Shown in pieces: positions 28,142-37,448 of a stretch of DNA of 64,000 nt (the stretch's first letter is position 1; each line of letters begins with the position of its first letter). The stretch lies in the IMG/VR virus record IMGVR_UViG_3300031673_000001. The stretch is one strand, 5' to 3'. The position numbers were made by a program, and so were the translations under genes. Below the pieces are notes generated by a model that saw nothing but the letters and a program-made list of their open reading frames with translations, was not told the DNA's origin and did not search any database. This DNA is from a virus (lineage: Duplodnaviria > Caudoviricetes).

Positions 28142-29158
28142 CTATTTTCCCATTCCTTTAACATCTGCAATAGTTCTAATAAGTAAACCATTGGCAACAG
28201 CAGTCAAAGGGTTTTTAGCTCGTCGAATCTCTGATACTTCAAATGGTAATTCTTTCTGCATAATTATTTGTCTAAATAAAGTTACAAATCCCTCTGGTAA
28301 AGAAGTTCCACCTGAAATTACAATTGGAATAGCATCATCCAATTCAATATCAGCTTTATCATTAAATTCTTTTATTATTTTTTTAATTGTATATTCAATC
28401 AATGCTTTATGATAATAAAATAAAGCTTCTAACATTCTTTTATCTTTTTTATTTTTAATGTTGACTTCGCCCTTTAACTTCATATACTTTTCTTTTTTAT
28501 TAGTAACTCTATTTACAACTACACCCATATCAGCAGCTACTTGTTCATCAATCCAATCTCCAGCTCTAGCTGTTGAAAATTTCAATACTTCAATACCTTT
28601 ATAAGCTATTGCAGCATTTGCCATACCAGCACCAAAACTAATACCAATTCCACTAAATTTTTCCTTTGCACACTCTGAAAATATAATTGCCATAGCTTCA
28701 TTTACAGATGTATGGTTAACACCCAAACTATTTAAAATTCTTGCAAATACACCTTCGTGATAAGTTATAGAACGTTCATTGTCAATGGACTCTGCTGGAA
28801 TTGAATATGAACAATACATATCTTTATCTTTTGTTTCACCAATCAAATCTTTAATAATCAATGTTAAAACATCAATAGCATTAATTTCCTTGGATGAAAT
28901 AAGACCCTTTTCCATAGGTCTTGAAACTTTTTGACCTAACATATTTGCTAACTCAAAAGCATGAGATCCAATCACATAAGTTTCACCTTCACTACTTTCA
29001 ACATAACTTATATCAGCAATATCTGGAATATCATCTTTATCTACTTCTAAAAATACATTTCTTGTCATTCTTATATCATCTGAATCAGATCTAGCACAAA
29101 CAATATTCATCGTACCAACATCGAGACCTATACAAGAAACCTTTGATTTCTCGCTCAT
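28142..29158 (-). CDS. Actin-like ATPase (MreB/MamK/ParM superfamily)
   Basis: Phosphate-1 IGLDVGT, connect-1 VNEAMA, phosphate-2 ISFGAGMAN, AGDWID, adenosine ISGGTSLP, connect-2 NPLTAVANG. Confidence 0.88.
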   Translation of the reverse strand: MSEKSKVSCIGLDVGTMNIVCARSDSDDIRMTRNVFLEVDKDDIPDIADISYVESSEGETYVIGSHAFELANMLGQKVSRPMEKGLISSKEINAIDVLTLIIKDLIGETKDKDMYCSYSIPAESIDNERSITYHEGVFARILNSLGVNHTSVNEAMAIIFSECAKEKFSGIGISFGAGMANAAIAYKGIEVLKFSTARAGDWIDEQVAADMGVVVNRVTNKKEKYMKLKGEVNIKNKKDKRMLEALFYYHKALIEYTIKKIIKEFNDKADIELDDAIPIVISGGTSLPEGFVTLFRQIIMQKELPFEVSEIRRAKNPLTAVANGLLIRTIADVKGMGK

Positions 29159-29745
29159 TTACGTCCTCCCAATAATTTTGATAATGATTTTGCAGCATTA
29201 TCAATTTCTTCTTTTTGATCTTGTTTTAAAGATCTAACAGAAGATGATTTCAATTTTAAACTATCAATATCAACTTCTGGAATAAAGGCAATATCATCTT
29301 CATCATCTCTTTCTTTAATTTTTTGATAAATTAATCCATTACCTTTTTGTTTCTTTAAGATTTCTTGTGACATTCGTTCGAGTTGATTTAGCTTTTCAGT
29401 AATTTGTTCTTTATTTGAATTTTCATTTCCTTTTACTTCTCGATGAAATAGCATCGAGATCATCTTTTCTAATTTATCAAATCGACTTTCAATCTGCTTT
29501 CTATATGGATCAATCTTTTTTTTCTTCTTTTTCTCTGGTGCAAAATCTTTTTCTCTATAAACTTCTCTATGACCTTTTTCATTTACAGCAACTATTTCAT
29601 ATTGACTTATTCCACACACTTGCAAATGACCAATAACTGTTCTTATTTCAATTCTCGAAACATCAATATCAGCGGGTGTTCTAAAAGGAGCTACACCTGG
29701 AATTTCAATCAAGTGACCCTTTTCCATAACTCTTAAAGTTATCAC
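29155..29745 (-). CDS. Hypothetical protein coupled to the actin gene (possible adaptor)
   Basis: ATGA overlap with actin; coiled-coil middle, charged tail. Confidence 0.65.
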   Translation of the reverse strand: MITLRVMEKGHLIEIPGVAPFRTPADIDVSRIEIRTVIGHLQVCGISQYEIVAVNEKGHREVYREKDFAPEKKKKKKIDPYRKQIESRFDKLEKMISMLFHREVKGNENSNKEQITEKLNQLERMSQEILKKQKGNGLIYQKIKERDDEDDIAFIPEVDIDSLKLKSSSVRSLKQDQKEEIDNAAKSLSKLLGGRK

Positions 29746-30533
29746 CTTAATTTTACCTTTGGAATTTTTCTCTTAAAATCGTTAATCATTCCTTTATATT
29801 TTATATCATCTTTTCTATACTTATGGTATGCTGTATATACAATCGCCAATGTTAAATTATATGCTGACTTTCCTAACCATGGAATAGATAAACCAAAAGC
29901 AGCTCCAGTTCCAAATAAAGTTATTAGCATCAATCCCTCAGGACTAGCAAACAATGTAACAAGAGAGTAACTTCCAACTAATGCTAATCCAATATCTGTA
30001 AAATTAAAATCATAATCTAAGTCACCAATAAAAGTCATATTCAACCAAAGATATAAAAGAAGACCAGCAATAACAACACCAGTAATTTTTTTAAGTATAG
30101 GATATTTATTTAAAACTTCATCAACCTTCATTACACCAGCTTCTAATTTTTGAAATACTCTAGTTTTATGAATTTCCTTAAAAACTTGTAACAAACCACC
30201 TCTTATTAATTTTGTAACCTCTCCAATACTTTTAAATATTAACTTAATATTGAATTTAAAAGCTTTAAACATACTATAAATATCTTTTTGTTTAAATGCG
30301 GAAACTAGTTCTGGAACTCCTATTTTAAAATCTTTTGCAATCTTACCAAGATTATATTTTAAATCACCAAATAGTCTCACAAGTTCCCTTGATAAACTCA
30401 TCTGTTTTATTCTATCAAAGAAACCTTCTGTTAACTGATTTGACATTACGAGATCGAACGCTTCACAATAAATCTCATAAGTTATAAAATCAAAATCTGT
30501 TTGAAGATATTCTAGATATGCTTCTGTTTCCAT
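29742..30533 (-). CDS. Membrane protein with N-terminal YLEYLQ motif
   Basis: Hydrophobic helices near the C-terminus. Confidence 0.65.
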   Translation of the reverse strand: METEAYLEYLQTDFDFITYEIYCEAFDLVMSNQLTEGFFDRIKQMSLSRELVRLFGDLKYNLGKIAKDFKIGVPELVSAFKQKDIYSMFKAFKFNIKLIFKSIGEVTKLIRGGLLQVFKEIHKTRVFQKLEAGVMKVDEVLNKYPILKKITGVVIAGLLLYLWLNMTFIGDLDYDFNFTDIGLALVGSYSLVTLFASPEGLMLITLFGTGAAFGLSIPWLGKSAYNLTLAIVYTAYHKYRKDDIKYKGMINDFKRKIPKVKLR

Positions 30534-30541
30534 GTTGATCC

Positions 30542-31399
30542 TTATTTCATCTTTGACTTAACTTTTGAAATTTTTTCATCTAATTTGTCACTACACTTTT
30601 GTGGATTTGGTGTTTTAACACAATAACTTTTAGCTTTTTGTAACATCTCAATCTGTTTTTTTCTACCAGCATTTTTAAATTTTTCAATGCATTTTGTTTT
30701 AGCTTCTCCTTTACTACTCTTACAAGCATCAACTGCACCACTTGCTTTACTTCTATATGCTGAAAATGCTCCAGCTACTGCCCAAGCTAATAGAACTCCT
30801 AATGCTATAGCAGTACGATTACTTATCTGATAATCTGTAGTTGCACTACTATATACTGTAACCCATTCTTTTAGATTTTCTAAATGTTCATCTACAACAT
30901 CATTATCTGAAAAATTATTATCTGGATCCATTGTAATTGACCTCCCTATATTTAAAGCTTTCTCAATTATTTTTCTTTGATCAGGCATGACCAACATACC
31001 AGCTTGTCCCACTTCCAAAATAAATTTATAATCACTATGCTCTTTTGATAGTCTAATTTTTTGATCTGGATTCAACATTCGACATAAAAAATTATAGCAG
31101 GTAGTTTGTCTTTCCCCTCTATCAGCTAAATAAGTAAATTTATCAATGTATTTAATAGGAGTTACATCTAAACCAGTTTCTTCCTTAACTTCTCTTTTTA
31201 AACATTTGATTATATCTTCACCAACAGGTTTATCACATTTTCCGCGAGGAAATTCCCAATGAAGTGGCCAATGATCATCTGCAGATCTCTGTATCAATAA
31301 TATCATTGTCTCACCATTTTCGCCTTCCTTCATTACAATTCCAGCAGCTGCTTTCATAAATACTTTTGGTTTATCACTTATCATCTTCCTTTTCCTCAT
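30542..31399 (-). CDS. NUDIX hydrolase fused to TM plus 4-Cys domain
   Basis: Nudix box FPRGKCD...CLKREVKEETGL; C-terminal AC..SKG..KTKC...C.KT.NPQKC. Confidence 0.85.
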   Translation of the reverse strand: MRKRKMISDKPKVFMKAAAGIVMKEGENGETMILLIQRSADDHWPLHWEFPRGKCDKPVGEDIIKCLKREVKEETGLDVTPIKYIDKFTYLADRGERQTTCYNFLCRMLNPDQKIRLSKEHSDYKFILEVGQAGMLVMPDQRKIIEKALNIGRSITMDPDNNFSDNDVVDEHLENLKEWVTVYSSATTDYQISNRTAIALGVLLAWAVAGAFSAYRSKASGAVDACKSSKGEAKTKCIEKFKNAGRKKQIEMLQKAKSYCVKTPNPQKCSDKLDEKISKVKSKMK

Positions 31400-31883
31400 C
31401 TAACATAAGACTTAAAACTTCCATCTGTCTCGGTGTTATTTTATTTGGATAACAACTCAAAGGAACTTTAACAAATTCAATTTTAGCTGTTTTCTCTAAT
31501 AATGCATCTAATTCTTTTTGTTTATTCTTAACTCCCTCAATATATTTAGAATGTTTTTCATCAACTATTTTCATCTCACCTATAAACAAGTTTTTATTAT
31601 TTCCAGTAAATACAAAATGACCCCGACCATCAATTGGTGACTTTTCACTTTTGAAATTTTTTTGTTCATCTCTTTCAGCATATTTTTCAATTACTGCCAT
31701 TCGATCATTTCTATATTCCTCCCCACCTTCTATGGCAGTTAAAGAAAGCTTTTTAACCTCATCAAGCTCATATAATCCAAGAGCAATATTTTTCATAACA
31801 GCAAAAGAAAACTCAGGAGTTGCTTCAACATTTTCAATCTTTTTCAACTCGTTAACAAATTCTAATATACTTTCTAACTTCAT
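31374..31883 (-). CDS. Hypothetical phage protein
   Basis: ORF track; AAGGA RBS. Confidence 0.65.
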   Translation of the reverse strand: MKLESILEFVNELKKIENVEATPEFSFAVMKNIALGLYELDEVKKLSLTAIEGGEEYRNDRMAVIEKYAERDEQKNFKSEKSPIDGRGHFVFTGNNKNLFIGEMKIVDEKHSKYIEGVKNKQKELDALLEKTAKIEFVKVPLSCYPNKITPRQMEVLSLMLDEEKEDDK

Positions 31884-31905
31884 TTTTATTCCTTTCTTTA
31901 AAAAA

Positions 31906-31980
31906 TCCTATAGTAGCAGGAACTCGAACAATTCAAGACCGATCAGGTGTGCATGATTCACCTGTCCTACTACCATAGGA
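31906..31980 (-). ncRNA. Structured three-way-junction RNA element, copy 1
   Basis: 16-bp outer stem with two G-U pairs only on the minus strand, enclosing two hairpins. Confidence 0.55.
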
Positions 31981-31988
31981 AGATTAAA

Positions 31989-32061
31989 TCCTATGGTAGT
32001 GAGAACTTGACCAATTCAAGTCAATGCCAGGGTGCTTGATTCCCTGCTCACTACCATAGGA
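31989..32061 (-). ncRNA. Structured three-way-junction RNA element, copy 2
   Basis: Perfect 15-bp outer stem; same loops as copy 1 (AATCAWGCA, TTGAATTG); stems covary. Confidence 0.55.
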
Positions 32062-32075
32062 AATTATATTCTACT

Positions 32076-33134
32076 TTATCTTGACAATTTCCAATTCAGT
32101 TTATAATTCGCACTATCTATTAAGTTATCAAATGCTACTACAAATCCATCTACTGTTTTACTTGTAACCATATATTGATAAAATGATGGAGATGGATCAG
32201 TTATATTTTCTAACGTACAGACTGGATGATAATCTTCATCCACTTGTGCTACTACAAATACTACTGCTACTGATGTTGAATCGCTTGAGATATCTTCTAC
32301 ACCACCAATAAACTCATCAACTGTATAACTTGTCAACCACAAACCTGATGTTGAATCCCAAGTAAGTATCGACCCTTCAACTGTTCCAGTAACGTTTACA
32401 TCAGCTAATAGATTTAAATCACCAAAAACTGATGGATATACAAGAATTGATCCATTCACTCCTGATATAATAACAGTTCCTACAAATCCTTTATAATATG
32501 GACTAGGTGGTGGACTATCTCTTAGACCTCCTGGTATTGATTCTGAAACCCATAAACCTGCTCCTTCTGCAAATGTACTTGTATTAATATTACGTACCAT
32601 TCCTAAAAGAGTTATATAGCCATTATTATTATTATCAATACTATGAGTTGCTACTCCTATTCTCTTAATAATTTTCTCTTGTGCAATCGCTTGCGATAAA
32701 TCAACTGTTGGAGTTTGTCCACTTGATCCATTAATATAAACAATTTGTCCACTAAGAATATCACTACCTGTTAAATTCCTAACTCTCACATGCATTTCTT
32801 GACCAACCTGTAAAGTAACATCTGAAACATCATTATATAATCCCAACGTATTTGAACTATCATCCCAGAATACACGACCTCTATTCCAAGATGGAACAAC
32901 ACCATCTGTTTTAAAATCCGTATACTCTATATCTGTTAAACGTTCTACACTAATTTGTAAAACTGAAGTCCCATCATATGTTAATCTAACATTATCAGTT
33001 CCCAATTTACTAAATTCACTCAATAATTGATCTACAGTCACTTTTATTGAAGTATCAGATTGTGACATTTCCATTAACTCGGAACCATTTAATGGAATTG
33101 TTGGATCATTTAATTCTATAATTTTTTTTGCCAT
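32076..33134 (-). CDS. Putative tail-fibre/virion structural protein
   Basis: Beta-rich; VRVRN.TG..I..G..VYI.G, IGVAT..I..N..GYIT..G.VRNINTS pattern seen in phage fibres. Confidence 0.55.
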   Translation of the reverse strand: MAKKIIELNDPTIPLNGSELMEMSQSDTSIKVTVDQLLSEFSKLGTDNVRLTYDGTSVLQISVERLTDIEYTDFKTDGVVPSWNRGRVFWDDSSNTLGLYNDVSDVTLQVGQEMHVRVRNLTGSDILSGQIVYINGSSGQTPTVDLSQAIAQEKIIKRIGVATHSIDNNNNGYITLLGMVRNINTSTFAEGAGLWVSESIPGGLRDSPPPSPYYKGFVGTVIISGVNGSILVYPSVFGDLNLLADVNVTGTVEGSILTWDSTSGLWLTSYTVDEFIGGVEDISSDSTSVAVVFVVAQVDEDYHPVCTLENITDPSPSFYQYMVTSKTVDGFVVAFDNLIDSANYKLNWKLSR

Positions 33135-33149
33135 TATACTATCCTCTTA

Positions 33150-34505
33150 TTATAATACCCTTATATCATCATCATCTGTTAATCTTACTTCTCCATTATC
33201 TGTTAATCTTATTTCAGAAGCTAAACTAGAACTAAAAGAACTAGAACTTAAACTTGAGATACTGATTGATATGGAACTAGAACTTGATGAATTAATATCT
33301 TCATATACAAACAGTTCTAAAAACCAACCTGCTTCAAGTGTAACATTTGCCATTTTAATTCTCAACGTATTTCCATTGCTGACAATTAAAAAATGATCTC
33401 CATAATTCAACTCTCCATACCTTGAATTAACAACTAACATCAATCTATTAGTTATCTGCTCTGGTATTGTAATATCTAAATATGTTTCTTGTGCAGCATC
33501 TGTTGCTGTAACCTCATGAAAATATCTAGTCTTAAAAATATAATCTCCCACATTATCTATTTCACAAGTTGCATCTGAAGGGTCGAGATATGTAATACTA
33601 TTATTTGATGTTTCATCCAATCCCCAATCCCAATGATAATCATATAACTGTCTATTAACGGGAGGTTGATAGTCATTATATGCTGAATATGCTGAACCAT
33701 ATCTCAATTCTAAATTAACATTTTCAGCTAAATAATCTGACTCTAAAATAAGATAATTTGGTATTTCAATTTCATAATTAATAGTTGAAGTTAATCTCCA
33801 TTCAGCTATTTTATCTGGACCACCATATCTATTACTTGCATCTGACATATTAACTAATGAAATTTGTGGTTTAATATTTAATGGCAAAACTACTTCATTT
33901 CTAGCTGTTGATCTCACTAATTGATTTGAGGCATTTGCTGTTGTCCAATCTATATTATAAGTCATACCAGTATACTCATTACTATACTCATATGTCAAAA
34001 ATGAATCTGGTAGAATAATAAATGATGAAAAGAATCTAGGATAGATAATTCTATCCGTTCCACCAAAATAATTAATCAGCATGAGTCTTAAATCACAATA
34101 TTCATAAAAGCTATTCAACATCATTATCAACTCAAACTCACCCTTTATCCTTATAAATCCAGCATGCATAATTAAATGATCATCCTGGTATATAGGATTA
34201 AAAAGTCGTTTGATCATTGTAGGAGCTAAATTTGGATATCTCCACAATTGCCTACCACCAGCATTTCCATCTGCTGGAGAGAAGTCCCCAGAAGGATTTA
34301 AAATTAACGCAGGTAATAGAGGTTGATCTGTTTCTCTATCATATTGTGCTCTTTTCGCCAAATACTCTACAGCTTTGTCATAGGTTCCCACAACTCTATA
34401 TTCAAATCGAGGATAAAGGGTTGTACTGAAATAATCCAACATATCCTTAAAAAAATGACCGAATACATTATGTATAAAATGATATGTTTCCCTAGTTTGT
34501 GCCAT
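33150..34505 (-). CDS. Putative virion structural protein with C-terminal Ser-rich tract
   Basis: 451 aa; GAGG RBS; SSSSSSISISISSLSSSSFSSS then RLTD repeats. Confidence 0.55.
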   Translation of the reverse strand: MAQTRETYHFIHNVFGHFFKDMLDYFSTTLYPRFEYRVVGTYDKAVEYLAKRAQYDRETDQPLLPALILNPSGDFSPADGNAGGRQLWRYPNLAPTMIKRLFNPIYQDDHLIMHAGFIRIKGEFELIMMLNSFYEYCDLRLMLINYFGGTDRIIYPRFFSSFIILPDSFLTYEYSNEYTGMTYNIDWTTANASNQLVRSTARNEVVLPLNIKPQISLVNMSDASNRYGGPDKIAEWRLTSTINYEIEIPNYLILESDYLAENVNLELRYGSAYSAYNDYQPPVNRQLYDYHWDWGLDETSNNSITYLDPSDATCEIDNVGDYIFKTRYFHEVTATDAAQETYLDITIPEQITNRLMLVVNSRYGELNYGDHFLIVSNGNTLRIKMANVTLEAGWFLELFVYEDINSSSSSSISISISSLSSSSFSSSLASEIRLTDNGEVRLTDDDDIRVL

Positions 34506-34544
34506 TTATAAATCCTCATATTGAATTCTATATATAAATACTAA

Positions 34545-35153
34545 TCAAACATCTGATAGTTTAATTGTTTTATCTCTATTTATCTTATCAGTAAAATCAC
34601 TCCTTCCTGCCCATCTTTCACGGTGATAATCGTCAAGCATTTCTAGTGAAGGACTTGTGGCAATCTGTAAACCGCTAGTTCTAACAATTTTTTTTCCTAA
34701 TCTTTTTTGAATATTGTGACGTTCAGTTAAAATAAAAATAAAATCTTCCACATAGGAATTCATTGTAAATCCATAAATATTTAAACAATCAAATACACAC
34801 TTATCTTCAATATCTACTTTAGATAAAACAATAGACTCATTAAAAACAAAAATTATATCACTTGTATATTCCGGTTTAATTCTTTCAAATTGATTTGAAA
34901 TGTCCAAAGTATTCTTTCTAAAATTATGAAGATCAATGAATGTTTCACAAAACTTGGAAGATTCTAAATTTTTGAACATACCTACTTTTACATTTCTTTT
35001 ATAATCATCTCCTTGAGAAAAATCTGGGTCAAGTCTAAAAAGTAAAAATGTAGATCTTTTATCAAAGTACACCCCTATGTTATAAAATCCTTTCAAAATA
35101 GAAATTCTAATATTGTAACATCGGTTAAAAGACTTTCCTAATTTTAATGACAT
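34545..35153 (-). CDS. Hypothetical protein
   Basis: ORF track; GAGGGG RBS. Confidence 0.65.
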   Translation of the reverse strand: MSLKLGKSFNRCYNIRISILKGFYNIGVYFDKRSTFLLFRLDPDFSQGDDYKRNVKVGMFKNLESSKFCETFIDLHNFRKNTLDISNQFERIKPEYTSDIIFVFNESIVLSKVDIEDKCVFDCLNIYGFTMNSYVEDFIFILTERHNIQKRLGKKIVRTSGLQIATSPSLEMLDDYHRERWAGRSDFTDKINRDKTIKLSDV

Positions 35154-35170
35154 TCGTAATTCCCCTCTTC

Positions 35171-37123
35171 TTATAATGAATCAATATCAAAATTATCAAA
35201 ATTAAATTTTGATTCTGTTTGTTCTTCAGAAGCTTCCTTTGCAAAGATGCTTGATCTTGTATGTGCAGATTCTTTCCATATATGTGTCAAATATTTTGCA
35301 CTTTTAATAAGTTTATCATCTTGCTCTGGTTTCCATAAGTATAAAATTTTAATTAAATCATCACCAAACTGCTCATATGGAAAATCAACTTTATCAAATT
35401 CAAAATCTTTATCACCCAAATTAGCAACATATAAAATAAATTCATCTCTAACTGACTCAGGAATCTGTTCCTTAAATATCTCATTACCAATCATTCTTTG
35501 AAGATTTGAAATTGTGCTTTTCTTTACAGTTTTTACTATTTTATGTTTCTGTTTAAAAAACTCAATTATTTCATCCGAGATATTTTGCTTCTCTTTAATC
35601 TTCTCAATTAATGAATCTGTCAACTCATTATTATTTAATTTAATTGAAACTTCTACTGGAATAATCTCATTTGTAATTTGTTCTAAATTATAACTATTTT
35701 GTGTTGTCAATTTGAGATTTCCAGATTCATATCCATCTCTATGTAGAAGATCTATTGTGGGTATTCCACCATTACCTGCAATCTTTTCAGCAAGATCTAT
35801 AATAAAATCTCTTACATCATTTTCACCAACTGCTTGAACACCAAAACTCATACATGAAGTTTTATATTTATCGAAAACTCCCTTGCTATCAAAACAATTA
35901 TATCTATTTAAAATTACAGATACTAATTGTTCCTTCTCAATATCAGTAATAAAACTAAAGATAAAAGAATCCAAGAAACATCTGTATGCTAAATGAAAGA
36001 TACTTTTATTCTCAAGTGCATTTGGAATCTTACTTTCTAATCTTGTTCTTAACAATCTAACATAAACATTGAAAAGTAAAAGATCATACGCTAACTCAAC
36101 ATTTTCATTCGTATAATCTTTTGTTTTAAAACTCAATGGACTAAATCCCTGTGGAATTAAAGATCCATTCTCAATATAACTCTTTTGAAACATTAAAAAT
36201 GTAACTCTTGAGATATAACATAGAGATTTTAAATCGTCTTCTGTTATCCCTGATAATGGTTGAAAATTATCCTCATATCCACCATCTTCAACTAATCTTT
36301 TTCTAAAACCTTCAACTGGATTATGAGAAACTGATAAACCTGAAATTATATTTTCTAATGTAAAAAGATCATTCTTTAAAATATTAGTTACAAACTTACT
36401 TTCAACATCTATAAATACTACTTTATTTTCCTTCTCTTCAATTTTATTATCATCAATCTCTGGAACAGTTACTTTACTCATATCATTTCCACCAATAAAC
36501 TTATCTAAATCTTCTATTGATGTTTCTGTCTTTTCTATAACTTCCTTATCTAAAATCGGCAAATCTAATTCTATTGGCATTTCAACCTGCCTAGACATCC
36601 CTTTTAAAAGAGCTGGTAATTGTAGAATAACTTCTTTTTGTGTTGAATCAATTGTCTTATAGAATATATTCTCACAGATGTTGAAATAGTTATTAGAGAA
36701 ATCTTTTATAGTTCTTCCAAACAACATGAATGTGGGAAATAAAGGGATTACTATAATAGTAAAATCAGTTGAATTTGAAAGCAATGTAATCTTTGCTAAA
36801 TCCGCTCCTTCGTGTTGAAATAGTTCTAATACTAACTGTAAATTAGCTTTGAATTTTTTAACTATTTCTAGCTTTTCCCCTTTGAATGTTTTAATAGCTT
36901 GTGCTAATGCCATAGTTAATTCAAGAGCATTTTCACCACTTAAACTAATGTTTTTTGAATGGTTATTTTTGACTGTAATATTCAGTCTCGGAGGATTGAA
37001 ATTTTTGTTATCATCTGAATTAGTCATAAGAGCTACTCTTAGATAACCTTGGGTGCCATAAACCTTGTCTTTGTACGTTTGAATAGTTTGACTAAACCAA
37101 TGTGTCTCTTCCGTTTGATACAT
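35171..37123 (-). CDS. Large hypothetical protein (650 aa)
   Basis: Long ORF, AAGGAG RBS; no motif recognised. Confidence 0.75.
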   Translation of the reverse strand: MYQTEETHWFSQTIQTYKDKVYGTQGYLRVALMTNSDDNKNFNPPRLNITVKNNHSKNISLSGENALELTMALAQAIKTFKGEKLEIVKKFKANLQLVLELFQHEGADLAKITLLSNSTDFTIIVIPLFPTFMLFGRTIKDFSNNYFNICENIFYKTIDSTQKEVILQLPALLKGMSRQVEMPIELDLPILDKEVIEKTETSIEDLDKFIGGNDMSKVTVPEIDDNKIEEKENKVVFIDVESKFVTNILKNDLFTLENIISGLSVSHNPVEGFRKRLVEDGGYEDNFQPLSGITEDDLKSLCYISRVTFLMFQKSYIENGSLIPQGFSPLSFKTKDYTNENVELAYDLLLFNVYVRLLRTRLESKIPNALENKSIFHLAYRCFLDSFIFSFITDIEKEQLVSVILNRYNCFDSKGVFDKYKTSCMSFGVQAVGENDVRDFIIDLAEKIAGNGGIPTIDLLHRDGYESGNLKLTTQNSYNLEQITNEIIPVEVSIKLNNNELTDSLIEKIKEKQNISDEIIEFFKQKHKIVKTVKKSTISNLQRMIGNEIFKEQIPESVRDEFILYVANLGDKDFEFDKVDFPYEQFGDDLIKILYLWKPEQDDKLIKSAKYLTHIWKESAHTRSSIFAKEASEEQTESKFNFDNFDIDSL

Positions 37124-37205
37124 TTACTAATTCTCCTTTCTTGGATTTACTCTATTATTTATTTGTTACTTACAATAATTGAATAGACTCAATTGTTAGG
37201 ACTTC

Positions 37206-37264
37206 TCCCCCACCGGTGGGGATGTGCTCACCTGGTGCCCGCAAGGGCAGAAAGGTGGAAGCAC
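37206..37264. other. GC-rich palindrome plus GNRA-capped stem-loop
   Basis: CCCCACCGGTGGGG (37208-37221); GTGCT/CACCT/TGCCC-GCAA-GGGCA/AGGTG/AGCAC (37224-37264). Confidence 0.6.
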
Positions 37265-37448
37265 GGAATTACTTTCCTTTTTTATTTAACTCTTCTATAA
37301 TCTCTTTTCTTGTCTCTTTCTTTCTGTTCTAATAACTAGGACTAATAGCTCTTTATACTATATAAGTTCCTTATATAAGCAGTTGTACTTCAGTGAAATA
37401 ATTGAAAAAAATCAATTAATCTATGCCTTAATATATAAGCAGAAGTAA

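Noticed and set aside
31906-31980. tRNA gene (contains a GTTCGAGT T-loop-like word on the minus strand)
   Set aside because: Only two inner arms, a 16-bp outer stem, no CCA; the second copy lacks the word
31906-32061. CRISPR mini-array
   Set aside because: Two structured units 8 nt apart with no unique spacers; no cas operon
34528-34542. Fifth copy of the promoter motif (CTATATATAAATACT)
   Set aside because: Partial match, oriented against both flanking genes; may be AT-rich noise
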